A DNA stretch of 60,420 nt from an uncultured Candidatus Saccharibacteria bacterium (GCA_964583075.1 CAZOUW010000004.1:1-60420), one strand, 5' to 3'; shown: positions 22,032 through 30,536, numbered from the stretch's first letter. Numbers and translations: made by a program. Notes: generated from the sequence alone by a model not told the origin.

Positions 22032-23852
22032 TTACCGCCGTACAGACACTTCTTTGGCAATAGTTTGTAAGAAGTCTTCTATTGTTTGTTCGGTGGGTTC
22101 ATTGCCGTCAGCAAGGTCTTTGCGTACACGTGGTGTTAATTTACCGGTTTCAATCTCTTTTTGGCCGATGACAACCGATACGGGCACCTTCATCACCTCT
22201 GCGGCACGGATTTTTTTGCCAACAGATTCGTTGCTATTATCTACTGCTATCCTCAGGCCCAATTCTCGAGCCTTGTCCTCGAGCTCTTCTGCAAACTTTA
22301 CAGTAGGATCTTCCTGGTTTACGGTAATCACCCTGATCTGTTCTGGCGCCAACCAAACCGGGAATTTACCGGCCGTATGCTCAATCAAGATCCCTATAAA
22401 CCTTTCAAGTGATCCATAGATAACTCTATGGATCGCAATTGGAGTCTTTTCGGACCCATCTGCATCAGTGTACTTTAGGCCAAATCTCAAAGGCTGCTGA
22501 AAATCTAACTGGATAGTTCCCATCTGCCAAGGTCTCCCAAGCACGTCCTTCATGAGAATATCAATCTTAGGCCCATAAAACGCTCCGTCGCCCTCTTCAA
22601 TAAAGTACTCTTTACCGCTCTCTTCTAGTATTTGCTTGAGCGCCTCTTCTGCCTTATCCCATAATTTTGGGTCTCCCATGGACTTATCAGGTCTAGTACC
22701 TAACCTAAAAGAATAATCCATCCCAAAAATCGAATAGAATTTCTCAGTAATTTCAAAAATCCTTTTGTACTCATCTTTTATCTGATTTTCGCTCACAAAA
22801 ATATGAGCGTCGTCCTGCCTAAACTCTCTTACCCTTAAAAGGCCATTGAGAGTGCCTGAGCGCTCAAATCTATGCAACGTGTCTGTATCGCTTAATCTGA
22901 GTGGTAATTCTCTATAAGAATGCTGCTTTCTCCCGAAAACAACCATTGCATTAGGGCAATTCATAGCCTTGAGGCCATACAGTTCGCCTTCTTCAGTTTC
23001 TTCGGTAGTAAACATCTCTTCCCAGTAGTGATCAAAGTGCCCAGAAGTCTGGTAAAGCTCCTTTTTATTGATCAAAGGAGAAACTATCTCTTTATAACCT
23101 CGTTTGGAATGCTCGGCTCTCCAAAAGCTTACCAGTTCGTTATACAGTGCTACGCCGTTTGGCAGCCAGTATGGCATACCGGGTGCAGTGTGATGAAAAT
23201 AAAACAGGTCAAGTTCTTGGCCAAGTTTGCGGTGATCACGCTTTTTAGCCTCTTCAAGCATATTCAGATACGTACGAAGTTCCTTGTCTGTCTCAAATGC
23301 CACACCGTAAATACGCTGCATCTGCGGGTTGCCCTCTTTACCGCGCCAATATGCACCACTCACACGCATCAACTTAAACGCCCCCACCTTGCCCGTACTC
23401 TCTACGTGAGGGCCACGGCAAAGGTCAGTAAACGGCCCATCTTTATAGAAGGATACGTCTGATACCGCACTGTCACTACCGGCCTCCAGCCCAAGCTCTT
23501 CAGTATCGATATCTTTAGCTGCAGTTGTACCAGCTCGTTTTAAATCGTTCAGAAGCTCCTGCTTATATGGCTGGTTGTTGGTTTTGGCCCACTTGATAGC
23601 TTCGTCTATTGGAAGCTCAGATTTCTCAAATGGATAGTCGGCCTCAATGACTGCCTTCATTTCAGATTCTAGCGTCGCAAAATCTTCGTCCGACACCTTT
23701 ACGTCACCCAAATCGACATCGTAATAAAACCCATTCTCTACGACCGGCCCAACACCAAACTTGGCCTCCGGCCATTTCTTTTGAATAGCCGTTGCCATAA
23801 TATGGGCCAAACTGTGCCGCATCGCATGAAGTTTATCTGATTGGTCTGACAT
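22032..23852 (-). CDS. thrS: Threonine--tRNA ligase (no N-terminal TGS domain)
   Basis: The 606-aa ORF has the editing-domain motif HSLAHIM, class II core motifs (FRQDDAHIF, GAFYGPKID) and a C-terminal anticodon-binding domain. Confidence 0.93.
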   Translation of the reverse strand: MSDQSDKLHAMRHSLAHIMATAIQKKWPEAKFGVGPVVENGFYYDVDLGDVKVSDEDFATLESEMKAVIEADYPFEKSELPIDEAIKWAKTNNQPYKQELLNDLKRAGTTAAKDIDTEELGLEAGSDSAVSDVSFYKDGPFTDLCRGPHVESTGKVGAFKLMRVSGAYWRGKEGNPQMQRIYGVAFETDKELRTYLNMLEEAKKRDHRKLGQELDLFYFHHTAPGMPYWLPNGVALYNELVSFWRAEHSKRGYKEIVSPLINKKELYQTSGHFDHYWEEMFTTEETEEGELYGLKAMNCPNAMVVFGRKQHSYRELPLRLSDTDTLHRFERSGTLNGLLRVREFRQDDAHIFVSENQIKDEYKRIFEITEKFYSIFGMDYSFRLGTRPDKSMGDPKLWDKAEEALKQILEESGKEYFIEEGDGAFYGPKIDILMKDVLGRPWQMGTIQLDFQQPLRFGLKYTDADGSEKTPIAIHRVIYGSLERFIGILIEHTAGKFPVWLAPEQIRVITVNQEDPTVKFAEELEDKARELGLRIAVDNSNESVGKKIRAAEVMKVPVSVVIGQKEIETGKLTPRVRKDLADGNEPTEQTIEDFLQTIAKEVSVRR

Positions 23853-24034
23853 TTATCTCTCCTTGCCCCCTATAATACACCAAAATTACAGAGGTGAAAA
23901 TAATAGCCAAATAAAAATACCGCTTCAATGTTCTCGCAAATACATTTAAGCGGTATTTCTGTGTGTCAGTATAACACACCTCGGCAAAAAGCCACCTTAC
24001 AAATTGTTAGTATACACAAGCTGGTATTAAAATG

Positions 24035-24349
24035 CTAGTACTTTTTGGATTTTCTTTTGGTTTTATTTTTACTAGTGTAACCGCGCTTCTTTTTGTAACG
24101 ATAACGCGTGACTAGCAATAGATAGATCGCAACATTCACAGCCAATATGGATTGCCCAACAAACAACGCCCACTCATCAAGTATCTGGAACTTCATTGCC
24201 AACACGGCTACGGCGAATAGCCGCATGAGCACCCCTGTCAGCGAAATATCTACCGAATCCCTCATCGCCAGGACACGATAGTTCTGCAGCAGTACGTCAA
24301 GATTTAACGCGATGTAAGAAATTATAACCAGTGTATTTACGGTATCCAC
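24035..24349 (-). CDS. Small membrane protein (3 TM helices) with a basic tail
   Basis: The 104-aa ORF is hydrophobic and ends in a Lys/Arg-rich C-terminus. Confidence 0.45.
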   Translation of the reverse strand: MDTVNTLVIISYIALNLDVLLQNYRVLAMRDSVDISLTGVLMRLFAVAVLAMKFQILDEWALFVGQSILAVNVAIYLLLVTRYRYKKKRGYTSKNKTKRKSKKY

Positions 24350-24377
24350 CCTTTGTTTCCCTTATAGAACAGTTTAC

Positions 24378-24410
24378 CAAAATAAAACAACTTCTGCACT
24401 CTGCAGAAGC
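24378..24410 (-). terminator. Intrinsic terminator after the tRNA-Val-linked segment
   Basis: The minus strand reads CTTCTGCA-GAG-TGCAGAAG followed by TTGTTTTATTTT. Confidence 0.7.
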
Positions 24411-24426
24411 CCAATCGATTCTAAGC

Positions 24427-24444
24427 TGGTGGGCGGTACAGGAT
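24427..24444 (-). repeat. Exact 18-nt direct repeat of the tRNA-Val 3' end (T-loop end, acceptor strand and CCA)
   Basis: TGGTGGGCGGTACAGGAT occurs at 24427-24444 and again at 24589-24606, inside the tRNA gene. Confidence 0.95.
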
Positions 24445-24588
24445 ATCGCGTGACTGTGTCACACTCTTCCCTGCGGTACTCGCCTCAAATTAATGCAAGC
24501 ATTATTTGATGCTCCGTTCCTCGTTCACCGAACCTAGAGGATCGAATCTGTGCACCAATACCTAATCGACCTTTGGTCGAACAGGTAT
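24445..24588 (-). other. 144-nt structured insert between tRNA-Val and its duplicated 3' end
   Basis: It has several hairpins: CACCAATACCT...AGGTATTGGTG (which includes the tRNA CCA end), AGCAT-CAAATAA-ATGCT and GTGAC-ACA-GTCAC. There is no ORF. Confidence 0.5.
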
Positions 24589-24665
24589 TGGTGGGCGGTA
24601 CAGGATTCGAACCTGTCACCTCAACAACGTCAATGTTGCGCTCTAGCCAAATGAGCTAACCGCCC
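24589..24665 (-). tRNA. tRNA-Val (anticodon GAC), CCA encoded
   Basis: The reverse complement is GGGCGGTTAGCTCATTTGGCTAGAGCGCAACATTGACGTTGTTGAGGTGACAGGTTCGAATCCTGTACCGCCCACCA, which folds as a cloverleaf. Confidence 0.92.
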
Positions 24666-24824
24666 GCGTCAGAACCGACGGTCGCCTTTCACCTTGCTAC
24701 GCAAGGATTGCACGCTTTAGTCGCTTCTTCCTATCAGTTTTTCAAACAGTCGAATCGGCAAAGCCGCTCCTTGGTTTAAAAAACTGGTTTTGTAAATCAA
24801 TCTTATCAAAAACAGAGGTAAACC

Positions 24825-25499
24825 TCAATGTTTTTCAAGTTCTATACGCAAATAAGTCATTAAGGCTGAGCCGTATGTTCTTGAGTAAGCCCTTAGCGCA
24901 CTGGCAAGAGTATCTTCCTTATCTCTCTTGCCAACATGTCCTAAACCGTCAAGCTCAACTCTGGTAACTTCTGTATGCATACCTTCTTTACGTATACGTG
25001 CATTTAGGGCCGCCTCTACGTTAAAGCCATGTTTATCAGTGAAGGACAATAGATCCCATACATCCTCACGGATAGCCCGTTGTCCGCTCAGTGCTCCCCA
25101 CTGATTCAATATGGCCTTTTTTACAATTGCTTTTCGTAAGCCAAGATAGCCTATCGTCATGGGAACAGCCTCATCTTCCAGGGGCGCGAGCAATGTCTCG
25201 ATGTGGCTAGAATTAATTCCTTGTAGATCAGCATCCAGAAAAACCAGGTTCTGGTGACCATTACGTCGTGCATGATTGACGCCCGTATCCAGAGCCTCTC
25301 CCTTGCCCCTGTTAGCACCATGAGTTAAAACCGTAATGCCATCTATTTCACTAAGAATGTCCTCCGTTTGATCGGTTGACCCATCATTCACTACGATAAC
25401 TTCATCTATCCTGGACGAGCCGAGTGCTGCTTCCGCTACGGGCAATACACGCTCACCTTCGTTGTAAGCAGGAATAATAACCCCTCCCCTAGTGGTCAT
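24825..25499 (-). CDS. Family 2 glycosyltransferase (small, soluble type)
   Basis: The ORF has IIPAYNEGERV, VVNDGSTDQT and FLDADL (DxD). Confidence 0.75.
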   Translation of the reverse strand: MTTRGGVIIPAYNEGERVLPVAEAALGSSRIDEVIVVNDGSTDQTEDILSEIDGITVLTHGANRGKGEALDTGVNHARRNGHQNLVFLDADLQGINSSHIETLLAPLEDEAVPMTIGYLGLRKAIVKKAILNQWGALSGQRAIREDVWDLLSFTDKHGFNVEAALNARIRKEGMHTEVTRVELDGLGHVGKRDKEDTLASALRAYSRTYGSALMTYLRIELEKH

Positions 25500-26784
25500 T
25501 TCTATACTCTTCGCAGATGCGTTGGAGGTAACGGATATTGTGGATGCTTACCAGTGTGCCGGCCAGCGGTTCGCCCACCTTAAACTGGTGGCGCAGAAAG
25601 CCCCTGCTGAAGCCTTCCACGCAGGTATAGCAATCACATTCAGGGTCAATCACTTCTGTATCTCGTTCAAATTTAGCGTTCGTAAGATGCACCCTCTGAT
25701 CATATGGTTGCCCGCAACGTTTGCAATGTTCACCGGTAGAAGGTTTGTGCTGAGAGCTTATTTTGAATTTCTTCTGCGAAGTTTCAAGGAGCTGTACATC
25801 TGGTACAGTGACTGAGCCTCGCAAAGAAGAAATATCAGAAGAAGCCTCAGATGCAGCCGGAAGGCTAGCTTTGCTGGCATTCGGGCTGCAGTCACAACCC
25901 TTCTGCCAAGCGGTACCGTGGCGAGCGTTGCGTGTTGGTAATACACAGTCCAGCATATCTATACCGTGTTCAATAGCAAAGCGAAGATCAATTGGATCCC
26001 CTACCCCAAGCAAAAAGCGTGGTCGAGCCGAGTCATCATACAAATCAGCCAGATAGGCAAGCATATCATGCATCTCTTCTCTACTTTCACCAACAGAGAG
26101 GCCACCGATGGCAATACCATCAACTGGCATACTTTGAACAATTTCTAGGCTCTTACGGCGCAATTCTTTATCTAAACCGCCTTGGACCACCCCAAATAAT
26201 AGTGGTCGTTCAGAGGGCTTCATATCGGCCGTCAGGCGCTGGAATTCGGTGATAGAGCGCTCTAACCAGCGATGTGTACGGTCAAAGGCTTCTTTTGTAC
26301 GCTTGCGCCCCTGTTCGTCTAGTGCGGTTACATCATCAAAAGCGACCATCATATCAGCACCCAGTTTCATTTGTATCTGAATAGACTTCTCTGGTGAAAG
26401 AAAGATTGTATCGCCAGTTTTTGGATCTTTAAAGGTTACGCCGTCTTCGGTAATTTTATTGATATGAGCGAGTGAAAACACCTGAAAACCGCCAGAATCA
26501 GTTAACATTGGCAAAGCTTGCTTTGAAAAGCCATGGATTCCACCTAACGCAGCGACCACCTCCTCGCCCGGTTGCAGATGCAAATGGTACGTATTGGCCA
26601 AAACCACACCCACACCAGTACTTTTAACCATTTCAGGCGTCAGCGATTTTACCGCACCACGTGTGCCGTCTGGCATAAAGGTCGGGGTTAGTACGTTTCC
26701 GGCCCGAGTTTTAAGAATTCCTGTACGTATACCGTTTATGGTATTTTTATACTTAAAAACAGGGGTAGTTTTTGTGGGTCGCAT
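25489..26784 (-). CDS. tgt: Queuine tRNA-ribosyltransferase carrying an internal insertion of about 70 aa
   Basis: The ORF has TPTFMPDGT, LTDSGGFQV, GLSVGE and the zinc site CDCYTC...H. An extra segment lies between ARHGTAW and VHLTNAKF. Confidence 0.9.
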   Translation of the reverse strand: MRPTKTTPVFKYKNTINGIRTGILKTRAGNVLTPTFMPDGTRGAVKSLTPEMVKSTGVGVVLANTYHLHLQPGEEVVAALGGIHGFSKQALPMLTDSGGFQVFSLAHINKITEDGVTFKDPKTGDTIFLSPEKSIQIQMKLGADMMVAFDDVTALDEQGRKRTKEAFDRTHRWLERSITEFQRLTADMKPSERPLLFGVVQGGLDKELRRKSLEIVQSMPVDGIAIGGLSVGESREEMHDMLAYLADLYDDSARPRFLLGVGDPIDLRFAIEHGIDMLDCVLPTRNARHGTAWQKGCDCSPNASKASLPAASEASSDISSLRGSVTVPDVQLLETSQKKFKISSQHKPSTGEHCKRCGQPYDQRVHLTNAKFERDTEVIDPECDCYTCVEGFSRGFLRHQFKVGEPLAGTLVSIHNIRYLQRICEEYRNDH

Positions 26785-26817
26785 TGTTGTGATTATAGCA
26801 TATTTGACCCACTAATG

Positions 26818-26846
26818 TTGACACTTTGTGGGTAGATTGATACTAT
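26818..26846 (+). promoter_or_regulatory. Near-consensus sigma70 promoter with an extended -10
   Basis: TTGACA (26818-26823), a 17-nt spacer, then TGaTACTAT (-10 at 26841-26846). Confidence 0.6.
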
Positions 26847-26872
26847 TAATCGGTTAAACGAGGCGACTCATA

Positions 26873-27004
26873 TTGAGTAGCAATAAGCGAAAGTCCCCGT
26901 TAGAGGACTTTAAGCTGTTCTACGAGGAGCTCGTATTCATTACTGGACGTAAGTCTGTAAACCGAATACAGCGACCACGTTTAACGGCGGCTGACTCGAA
27001 GTAA
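26873..27004 (+). CDS. Candidate 43-aa basic micro-protein; the unit could instead be a small RNA
   Basis: It starts at TTG, 9 nt after GAGG (26861-26864), and translates to MSSNKRKSPLEDFKLFYEELVFITGRKSVNRIQRPRLTAADSK. It is below the ORF-track cutoff. It lies between the strong promoter and a 13-bp-stem terminator. Confidence 0.35.
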   Translation: MSSNKRKSPLEDFKLFYEELVFITGRKSVNRIQRPRLTAADSK

Positions 27005-27030
27005 CACACTTTTTGTTAGCTTATCAATCA

Positions 27031-27075
27031 ACCCTTTTGTGATTTTTGAGAGACATCACAAAAGGGTTTTTTGTT
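27031..27075 (+). terminator. Intrinsic terminator
   Basis: ACCCTTTTGTGAT, an 11-nt loop and ATCACAAAAGGGT, followed by TTTTTGTT. Confidence 0.8.
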
Positions 27076-27095
27076 TCTCACCTCTGTTTAGCATA

Positions 27096-27124
27096 TTGAC
27101 TTTACTCATGTTTTATGCTAATAT
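27096..27124 (+). promoter_or_regulatory. Consensus-like promoter driving the GC-rich cassette
   Basis: TTGACT (27096-27101), 17 nt, then TGcTAATAT (-10 at 27119-27124). Confidence 0.55.
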
Positions 27125-27264
27125 AGCGTGTGCTTTAGTTGAGTTTTACTCCTAGGGTGTTATTTGACAAGTTGACATAGTTACCGTTAACGGCGAAGTT
27201 GAGGTATTTACAGATCCTTGAACCTCGCTGTTAACGCAGTTTGAGACACAGAAGAGAGCAAAAA

Positions 27265-27753
27265 ATGTCCGCAAACGTTCTGACCTATGACATGTGCAGT
27301 ATCGCCTGGTGCTGCATCGAACCCGCCATCAACGAGATGTTCAGCTGCAGAGTGACCAACAAGTTCGCCGGCACGATCGTGGTTCTCGATCCAACAGATA
27401 CCAACAGGTTCCTGTTCACCGCAAGCATCGAGTCCGACTACACGCGCAACAACCCTGATGACGCCAAGAAGTACGCACGGTTCGCCGCGCACAAGGCCGA
27501 GTTGACCGCACGCACGGGCATGCCCAGCCGTGTGGTCCAGCAGACCGCTCCTCATCTCCTGACCAACGGAGACATCAAGTGGGGCGGCAGCGTCATACGT
27601 GACGGGCTGATCGTCGGCTTCAGCGGTGTTCAGGCTGTGTACGACGAGATGTTCGCCGGGATGATGGCCGAGGTCCTCATCGCCATGTGCAGGGATGCCA
27701 TGACCAAGCCGGGTGGCATCATGGCCAGCGACTACTCCCACATCGGGGGGTGA
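27265..27753 (+). CDS. GC-rich orphan gene, possibly GlcG/HbpS (DUF336)-like
   Basis: The 162-aa ORF from the ATG has G/C at most third codon positions, unlike its neighbours. GTIVVLDP...WGGSVIRDGLIVGFSGVQAVYDEMFA resembles the GlcG GG..P...G..IGAIGVSG...D pattern. The ORF track starts it at TTG 27241. Confidence 0.55.
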   Translation: MSANVLTYDMCSIAWCCIEPAINEMFSCRVTNKFAGTIVVLDPTDTNRFLFTASIESDYTRNNPDDAKKYARFAAHKAELTARTGMPSRVVQQTAPHLLTNGDIKWGGSVIRDGLIVGFSGVQAVYDEMFAGMMAEVLIAMCRDAMTKPGGIMASDYSHIGG

Positions 27754-27986
27754 CAGCTAGCCATGAACAGTGGTGACAAGTAGAGAGTAGTTTGGGATTA
27801 CCTGAACGGACACGGCTACTTGCCCTCCCTTCTCGTCCTCTTAAACTATTGTCTTCTTGTCATCGCTCCATAAGTGTGTACTTATGCTGATGAGTCCAAA
27901 AGGACGAAAGCGAAGAGTATGTTTTCCCACAGAAAATCACAAGTTATCCACTAGCATTTTTATAAGCGTTATGACAACATATAGCC

Positions 27987-28388
27987 ATGGTTTGTATATA
28001 TTGTGGCGATGATACACAGGTTATAAATAGCCGTTTACAAAAGCGTTCTAACGCAATATGGAGGCGCAGAAGGTGCCTGAAATGTGAGAATGTGTTCTCT
28101 ACCATAGAACGCGTAGATTTGGCCCAGGCACTGCGTATGGAGCTCACAAAGGGCAATCTAGCCCCCTTTGACCGTGATATTTTATTCACAAGTATATATG
28201 ATAGTCTTAAGCATCGCCCTCACCCTATCCAGGATGCTACAGAAATTACCAATACTGTTATCACCAACCTCGTAAAATCACATAGGGCCGTTTTTGGCCG
28301 CCAAGAAATAATCCAGGCTACTCACAAGGTGTTGCAACGGTTTGATACCGCTGCGGACGTGCAGTACGTAGCATTCCATAAACCATAG
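27987..28388 (+). CDS. nrdR: Transcriptional repressor NrdR
   Basis: It has an N-terminal zinc ribbon (CIYCG...CLKCENVFSTIE) followed by an ATP-cone-like region. Confidence 0.88.
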   Translation: MVCIYCGDDTQVINSRLQKRSNAIWRRRRCLKCENVFSTIERVDLAQALRMELTKGNLAPFDRDILFTSIYDSLKHRPHPIQDATEITNTVITNLVKSHRAVFGRQEIIQATHKVLQRFDTAADVQYVAFHKP

Positions 28389-28391
28389 AGC

Positions 28392-30038
28392 TTAGCCAAG
28401 GATTTTGGGCTTGTCATTTGTAGCATGCCCAGTAACGGTCTCGCCGGAGTCGGTTTTGACTGCCTTCTCTGTTACGTCAAATTTTTCCATATACTTACCA
28501 AACAATAGCCGTGTTTGTGAATAAATTGCCGCAAAAGAACTGTAAACAATGCTCGTAATCGGTAGGTAGAGCCATTGTACAACCATCCAGATCGTACGGT
28601 GACGTTTGTAGCGTTTTGGGCGTGGCGGCAATGCCTTCATCCCAAGGAAGAACGTGATTAAAATACCACCCATGGCAATAGTTTGAATCCGGCTCGCCAA
28701 CAGTGGTAGCTGATTGGATGCAAAGTCATTGGGATTAAACCAGGCTGGGATAAAGGCTGCAAAGGCCAAAATCAGAGGTGCAGTAGCCCAACTAATGTGC
28801 CCCTCAACCAGTCGACCGAGCTTCATATATTTATCGGCTTTTGGAATTTTGTTAGGAGTAAACCAGCCCTTCTCTACTACATAGGCAATATCGGAGGCAC
28901 CATAGGCCCAGCGCCGCATCTGGATAAACTGCATCTTGAGCGTTTTACGATAGCTTTTATCCAGCACTGCATCCTGATAAATTGGCAAAAATATCGGATA
29001 TACCTCGTGATTACCATCGTACCGAAAGTAAGTGCGCCAGAACTGGTGACCGTCCTCAACAATGGTGCGAACGCTCCAAAAATCAGTATCAATCAGCGCT
29101 GCCATACTCTGGGCATGTGACGAAAAGTTACGCAGCGCATGTGGCCGCAGCGCTAAGATAATATTCCAGAATGAGTTACCAGTAGCAACCACACGCATTG
29201 GTGCTGGCACATCCCAGATATTGTTAGTGAATACTGGCACTGGCTGATACGACACGTGGAGTGGATCTGGAGAAACGGCGTATGTATATGTCAATGCCGC
29301 TAGGTAGTTTACATGAGGGCGATTATCAGAATCCAAGGTTGTAACAATGACATTGATTGGATTTATTTTTTCCTTTTCAAGATACTTTTGGAGTTCACGT
29401 GCAGCATAAGTAATATTACCGCCCTTGCCTACAACTTCATGGGGTAAGCCGTCAGGGTGTTTTACGGCAATCGCATGTGCAAACTGACCCTTATACTCTT
29501 TAACGAGCTCTTTTGCCTGCTTATCTACCGCATCACCCCCTCGCTCCTCATAAGCCAGCACAAAAATGACTTTGTCCATGTCATAATGTGATGCCAGAAC
29601 AGATTTAATAGTTGGCTCTAGGACATCACGACTCTCATTGTAAGTAGCAATTATAATTGCGTGGTAGATATCTTTGGGGTTAACAACAGCACCGCCTTTA
29701 AGACGTTCTAGATTGTTAAAGTGCCATTTTGGCAAATCTTTAGTGCGTTGGTGTGCCCTACTCGGATCTTCAAGCTGAGCAAGCATTTTTGGCCAGTTAA
29801 GCTTTTCGTGCACCTTCATGGTACGCCAGCCTTGTATTACCCGTATATTAAGGCCAATGGCGCGTACAAACCAGATCAAAAAGAAGGCTATTATCAGGAT
29901 TGCCACGACTTGTGCCATAAAAATACTGAGAACAAACGGCAGAATTATAATTGACCAGGTTACAATACCCGGTAGTTTTTCAAAAAATATATAACGTGGT
30001 TTTTTCTCTGACTGAAGTGGAATTTCAATACTTTTCAT
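28392..30038 (-). CDS. Processive membrane-embedded family 2 glycosyltransferase (cellulose/chitin/hyaluronan-synthase-like)
   Basis: The 548-aa ORF has N- and C-terminal TM helices and the motifs IIATYNE, TLDSDN and QMRRW (QxxRW). Confidence 0.75.
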   Translation of the reverse strand: MKSIEIPLQSEKKPRYIFFEKLPGIVTWSIIILPFVLSIFMAQVVAILIIAFFLIWFVRAIGLNIRVIQGWRTMKVHEKLNWPKMLAQLEDPSRAHQRTKDLPKWHFNNLERLKGGAVVNPKDIYHAIIIATYNESRDVLEPTIKSVLASHYDMDKVIFVLAYEERGGDAVDKQAKELVKEYKGQFAHAIAVKHPDGLPHEVVGKGGNITYAARELQKYLEKEKINPINVIVTTLDSDNRPHVNYLAALTYTYAVSPDPLHVSYQPVPVFTNNIWDVPAPMRVVATGNSFWNIILALRPHALRNFSSHAQSMAALIDTDFWSVRTIVEDGHQFWRTYFRYDGNHEVYPIFLPIYQDAVLDKSYRKTLKMQFIQMRRWAYGASDIAYVVEKGWFTPNKIPKADKYMKLGRLVEGHISWATAPLILAFAAFIPAWFNPNDFASNQLPLLASRIQTIAMGGILITFFLGMKALPPRPKRYKRHRTIWMVVQWLYLPITSIVYSSFAAIYSQTRLLFGKYMEKFDVTEKAVKTDSGETVTGHATNDKPKILG

Positions 30039-30391
30039 CGTAACGCTAGCAGTGAATTACTGACGATTAAGGTAAGTACTAGGAGTAACAGACATAGTGC
30101 AGAGATAACAACTGCGTACTGGCGATGAATTTTATACGCTCGCATACTCAGCACCACCTGAAATGTGAATATCATCAACCCAAAGATTACAAAGGCAAAA
30201 AAAGTTGAACTATCACCCGCTTTATAAGCACTTAAACCTAAGTTACCCCTGTACTGAACAATGTAACTACCCCTACTACTGTCTAGCCTTAAAAGTGTTA
30301 AAAGTGTAGTTAAGACAGTAACGAATAAACTCGAGCTTAGAAGCAGCAAAATCAAACGGTCATGAAAGTAGTTTTTTGGTATGGGGCTCAT
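30035..30391 (-). CDS. Small membrane protein upstream of, and coupled to, the GT2 synthase
   Basis: The 118-aa ORF has 3-4 TM helices and overlaps the synthase gene by 4 nt. Confidence 0.5.
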   Translation of the reverse strand: MSPIPKNYFHDRLILLLLSSSLFVTVLTTLLTLLRLDSSRGSYIVQYRGNLGLSAYKAGDSSTFFAFVIFGLMIFTFQVVLSMRAYKIHRQYAVVISALCLLLLVLTLIVSNSLLALR

Positions 30392-30459
30392 GTTTAGCTT
30401 GATTATAAAGGGTTATCTGGAGTAATTCTAGCCTGGAATGCCCTATTTAGAACTTAGAT

Positions 30460-30536
30460 TGGCGGGCCCGACCGGATTCGAACCGGCGATCTCCTCCGTG
30501 ACAGGGAGGCATGTTAGGCCTCTACACCACGAGCCC
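30460..30536 (-). tRNA. tRNA-Asp (anticodon GTC), CCA encoded
   Basis: The reverse complement is GGGCTCGTGGTGTAGAGGCCTAACATGCCTCCCTGTCACGGAGGAGATCGCCGGTTCGAATCCGGTCGGGCCCGCCA. Confidence 0.9.

Noticed and set aside
23853-24034. I considered a possible T-box or other leader upstream of thrS, because of the 9-bp inverted repeat ATACCGCTT...AAGCGGTAT.
   Set aside because: On the minus strand the hairpin is followed by a T-run and sits directly after the upstream membrane-protein gene, so it is better explained as that gene's terminator. I saw no specifier-loop or T-box consensus sequence.
27208-27741. A 177-aa minus-strand ORF spans the GC-rich cassette. A similar 125-aa minus-strand ORF lies at 31664-32041.
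   Set aside because: Long stop-free antisense frames are expected in GC-rich DNA. The plus strand has the promoter, RBS, GC3 bias and a protein-like sequence, while the antisense products are Gly/His/Asp/Val-rich noise.
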